This document shows, piece by piece, positions 62,161 to 64,000 of a DNA stretch of 64,000 bases. Below the pieces are notes generated by a model, which searched no databases, was not told the origin of the DNA, and was given only the letters and a program-made list of their open reading frames with translations. The position numbers were made by a program, and so were the translations under genes. Origin of the DNA: Macrostomum lignano (lineage: Eukaryota); contig NIVC01000864.1 in the NCBI GenBank assembly GCA_002269645.1, positions 62,001 through 126,000 of the forward strand, given 5' to 3'. How positions within the stretch are numbered: the stretch's first letter is position 1; each line of letters opens with the position of its first letter.

Positions 62161-63104
62161 CTTCACCCCGAATAACAAGCGCCGAATTAACTATGACGTG
62201 AGAGCTGAACTGCACCACCCCGTCACGTGACTACTCTCCGATGAAAATAGTAAAAAAACGGGCTGACAAGCAGATAAGATAAGTCAGGAGACAAGTGGGT
62301 TGCCCAGATAAAGAAGCAGCCAATCAGATTTCAGCAGTCAATTCTATCAGACGTTCAGTTGCGAGTGTACAATTAATCACGTGATCCATTTTAAAAAAAG
62401 GTCGATAGCCAAGTCCCAATACGCAGAGAGTGCACATGCCTGACAATTAGAAATTCAGGGCCGCTGTAGCTCGTACACCCTGTGTGAGCGTGTTGTATGA
62501 GCATTTTCTTCTTCAGCAGCAGCAGCAGCTGAGAGAGCAGAAATAACAGTAACTCCGAAAAAAGAAAATGAATAAACAGAAAAGCGAAAGCAACAGGAAG
62601 TCAGGGGAATGGCAATATACAGTTTTTCTGGGGGAGATCCAGCCAGCTTAGCAGCTCGGGATTAAACCGCGGCTCATCAAACTCGGGAGGGGGGGGGCTC
62701 CCCGAGACTTCCCTGAGTCGTAAATCAGTCGCGGGCCCGTCAGTGTCAGCGTGCCAGCCGGGCAGTTCCAGTTAATGAATACCGACTTCCGTGAGACTCT
62801 TCGAGAGCCCGAATTCCCGATCTTATCAGCCTATCACTGCCGCAGTTCCTTTCCCTGCCCGCTATGCCACTCTGGCCACTCCCCTTAGACAGCATTTGGG
62901 GCTGCTGGCTCTTATTGCGAGTCTACCATATCATGCCAAGGCCCCTTACTCACTCGAGCCGATGTCCCTACATGATAAGCTCGCGCCTTGTGCACACCGG
63001 GTCTCAACTAGTTCTTGGTCGGGCCGTCTTGAACACCTTCTGAATCCTGGTCTGGAAGGTTTCAGTCTCCTTGATTTTGATCTGGTTCATGGACTCAAAA
63101 AGTT

Positions 63105-63580
63105 TCTGGGTCATGGGTCTTGAAGGTTTCTGCGGGTCATGGGTCTTGAAGGTTTCTGCGGGTCATGGGTCTGAAGGTTTCTGCGGGTCATGGGTCTTGA
63201 AGGTTTCTGCGGGTCATGGGTCTTGAAGGTTTCTGGGTCATGGGTCTGAAGGTTTCTGGGTCATAGGTCTGAAGGTTTCTGGGTCATGGGTCTGAAGGTT
63301 TCTGCGGGTCATGGGTCTTGAGGGTTTCTGGGTCAATGGTATTTACAAGGTTTCTGGGTCATGGGTCTGAAGGTTTCTGGGTCATGGGTCTGAAGGTTTC
63401 TGTGTCATGGGTCTTGAAGGTTTTTGGGTCATGGGTCTGAAGGTTCCTGTGGGTCATGGGTCTGAAGGTTTCTGGGTCATGGGTCTGAAGGTTTCTGGGT
63501 CATGGGTCTTAAAGGTTTCTGGGTCATGGGTCTTGAAGGTTTCTGGGTCATAGGTCTTGAGGGTTTCTGGGTCATGGGTC
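63105..63580. repeat. ~23-bp minisatellite GGGTCATGGGTCTGAAGGTTTCT
   Basis: About 20 units. Confidence 0.94.
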
Positions 63581-64000
63581 CTACAAATGTCTTGGTCAAT
63601 GTTTTAGGGCATCGGGCTTCCTTTTCTGAACTTTTCCTTTTTTCATTGGGTATCAGTATTAATATTGTTAGTATTATATTCGTTTGCAAATGAAAATTAG
63701 TTCACTTTAGACGTGAGTACTTCTAAGAATCAGAAATTTCCCCTGACTAGGGCAATTATAATCACACGTGCGTTTCGACACTGAGTGGCATCCTTTAGAG
63801 TAGACGGAGATCTGCGCTCAGCACTTGAAGTCACCCTTACAACCCCCTCCCTGCTCGTGCCGCCATAGCAGTGTGTAAATCGAATTCGATCCTGTTAATC
63901 TGGCAATACATGTGTTTAATAGTAGGCATGTCCGTCTTGTTGGCCTCTCAACGTGTAAAAAAGCCCCAAATTATAAGAGAGCGAGAAAATGAGGAGCCGG

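Noticed and set aside
62170-62230. Possible next exon of the Ig/FN3 gene (RRINYDVRAELHHPVT)
   Set aside because: Weak acceptor, an early stop and no FN3 motif, so it cannot be supported.

Overview
Eukaryotic (metazoan) genomic DNA with spliceosomal introns. About 38% of the window (my rough sum, ~24.5 kb) is micro- or minisatellite. This repeat landscape and the gene content suggest a free-living flatworm such as Macrostomum (inference). I hand-assembled seven host genes from splice sites, with reading phase consistent across introns: (1) a 6-exon tetraspanin with an oversized extracellular loop (-); (2) a 4-exon DUF7153-like gene (-); (3) a 16-exon, ~1325-aa coiled-coil gene whose motifs match the synaptonemal-complex transverse filament protein SYCP1, with a ~545-aa repetitive N-terminal extension (+); (4) a 2-exon orphan two-TM gene with a GC-AG intron (-); (5) a 2-exon gene with tandem DUF1330-like domains (+); (6) a soluble acetylcholine-binding-protein-like Cys-loop ligand-binding domain with no transmembrane region, carrying one apparent 1-bp frameshift (+); (7) a 3xIg+FN3 adhesion gene whose 3' exons were not found (+). 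Three retroelements each sit inside a tandem array: an LTR-less BEL/Pao gag fragment; a near-intact Penelope-like element with a minimal hammerhead ribozyme inside an SYCP1 intron; and a young Ty3/Gypsy element that has lost RT/RNase H in frame but keeps gag-protease-integrase. Also present: tRNA-derived SINEs, a MITE-like element and a mariner relic. Most long ORFs in the supplied track are artefacts of stop-free repeats.
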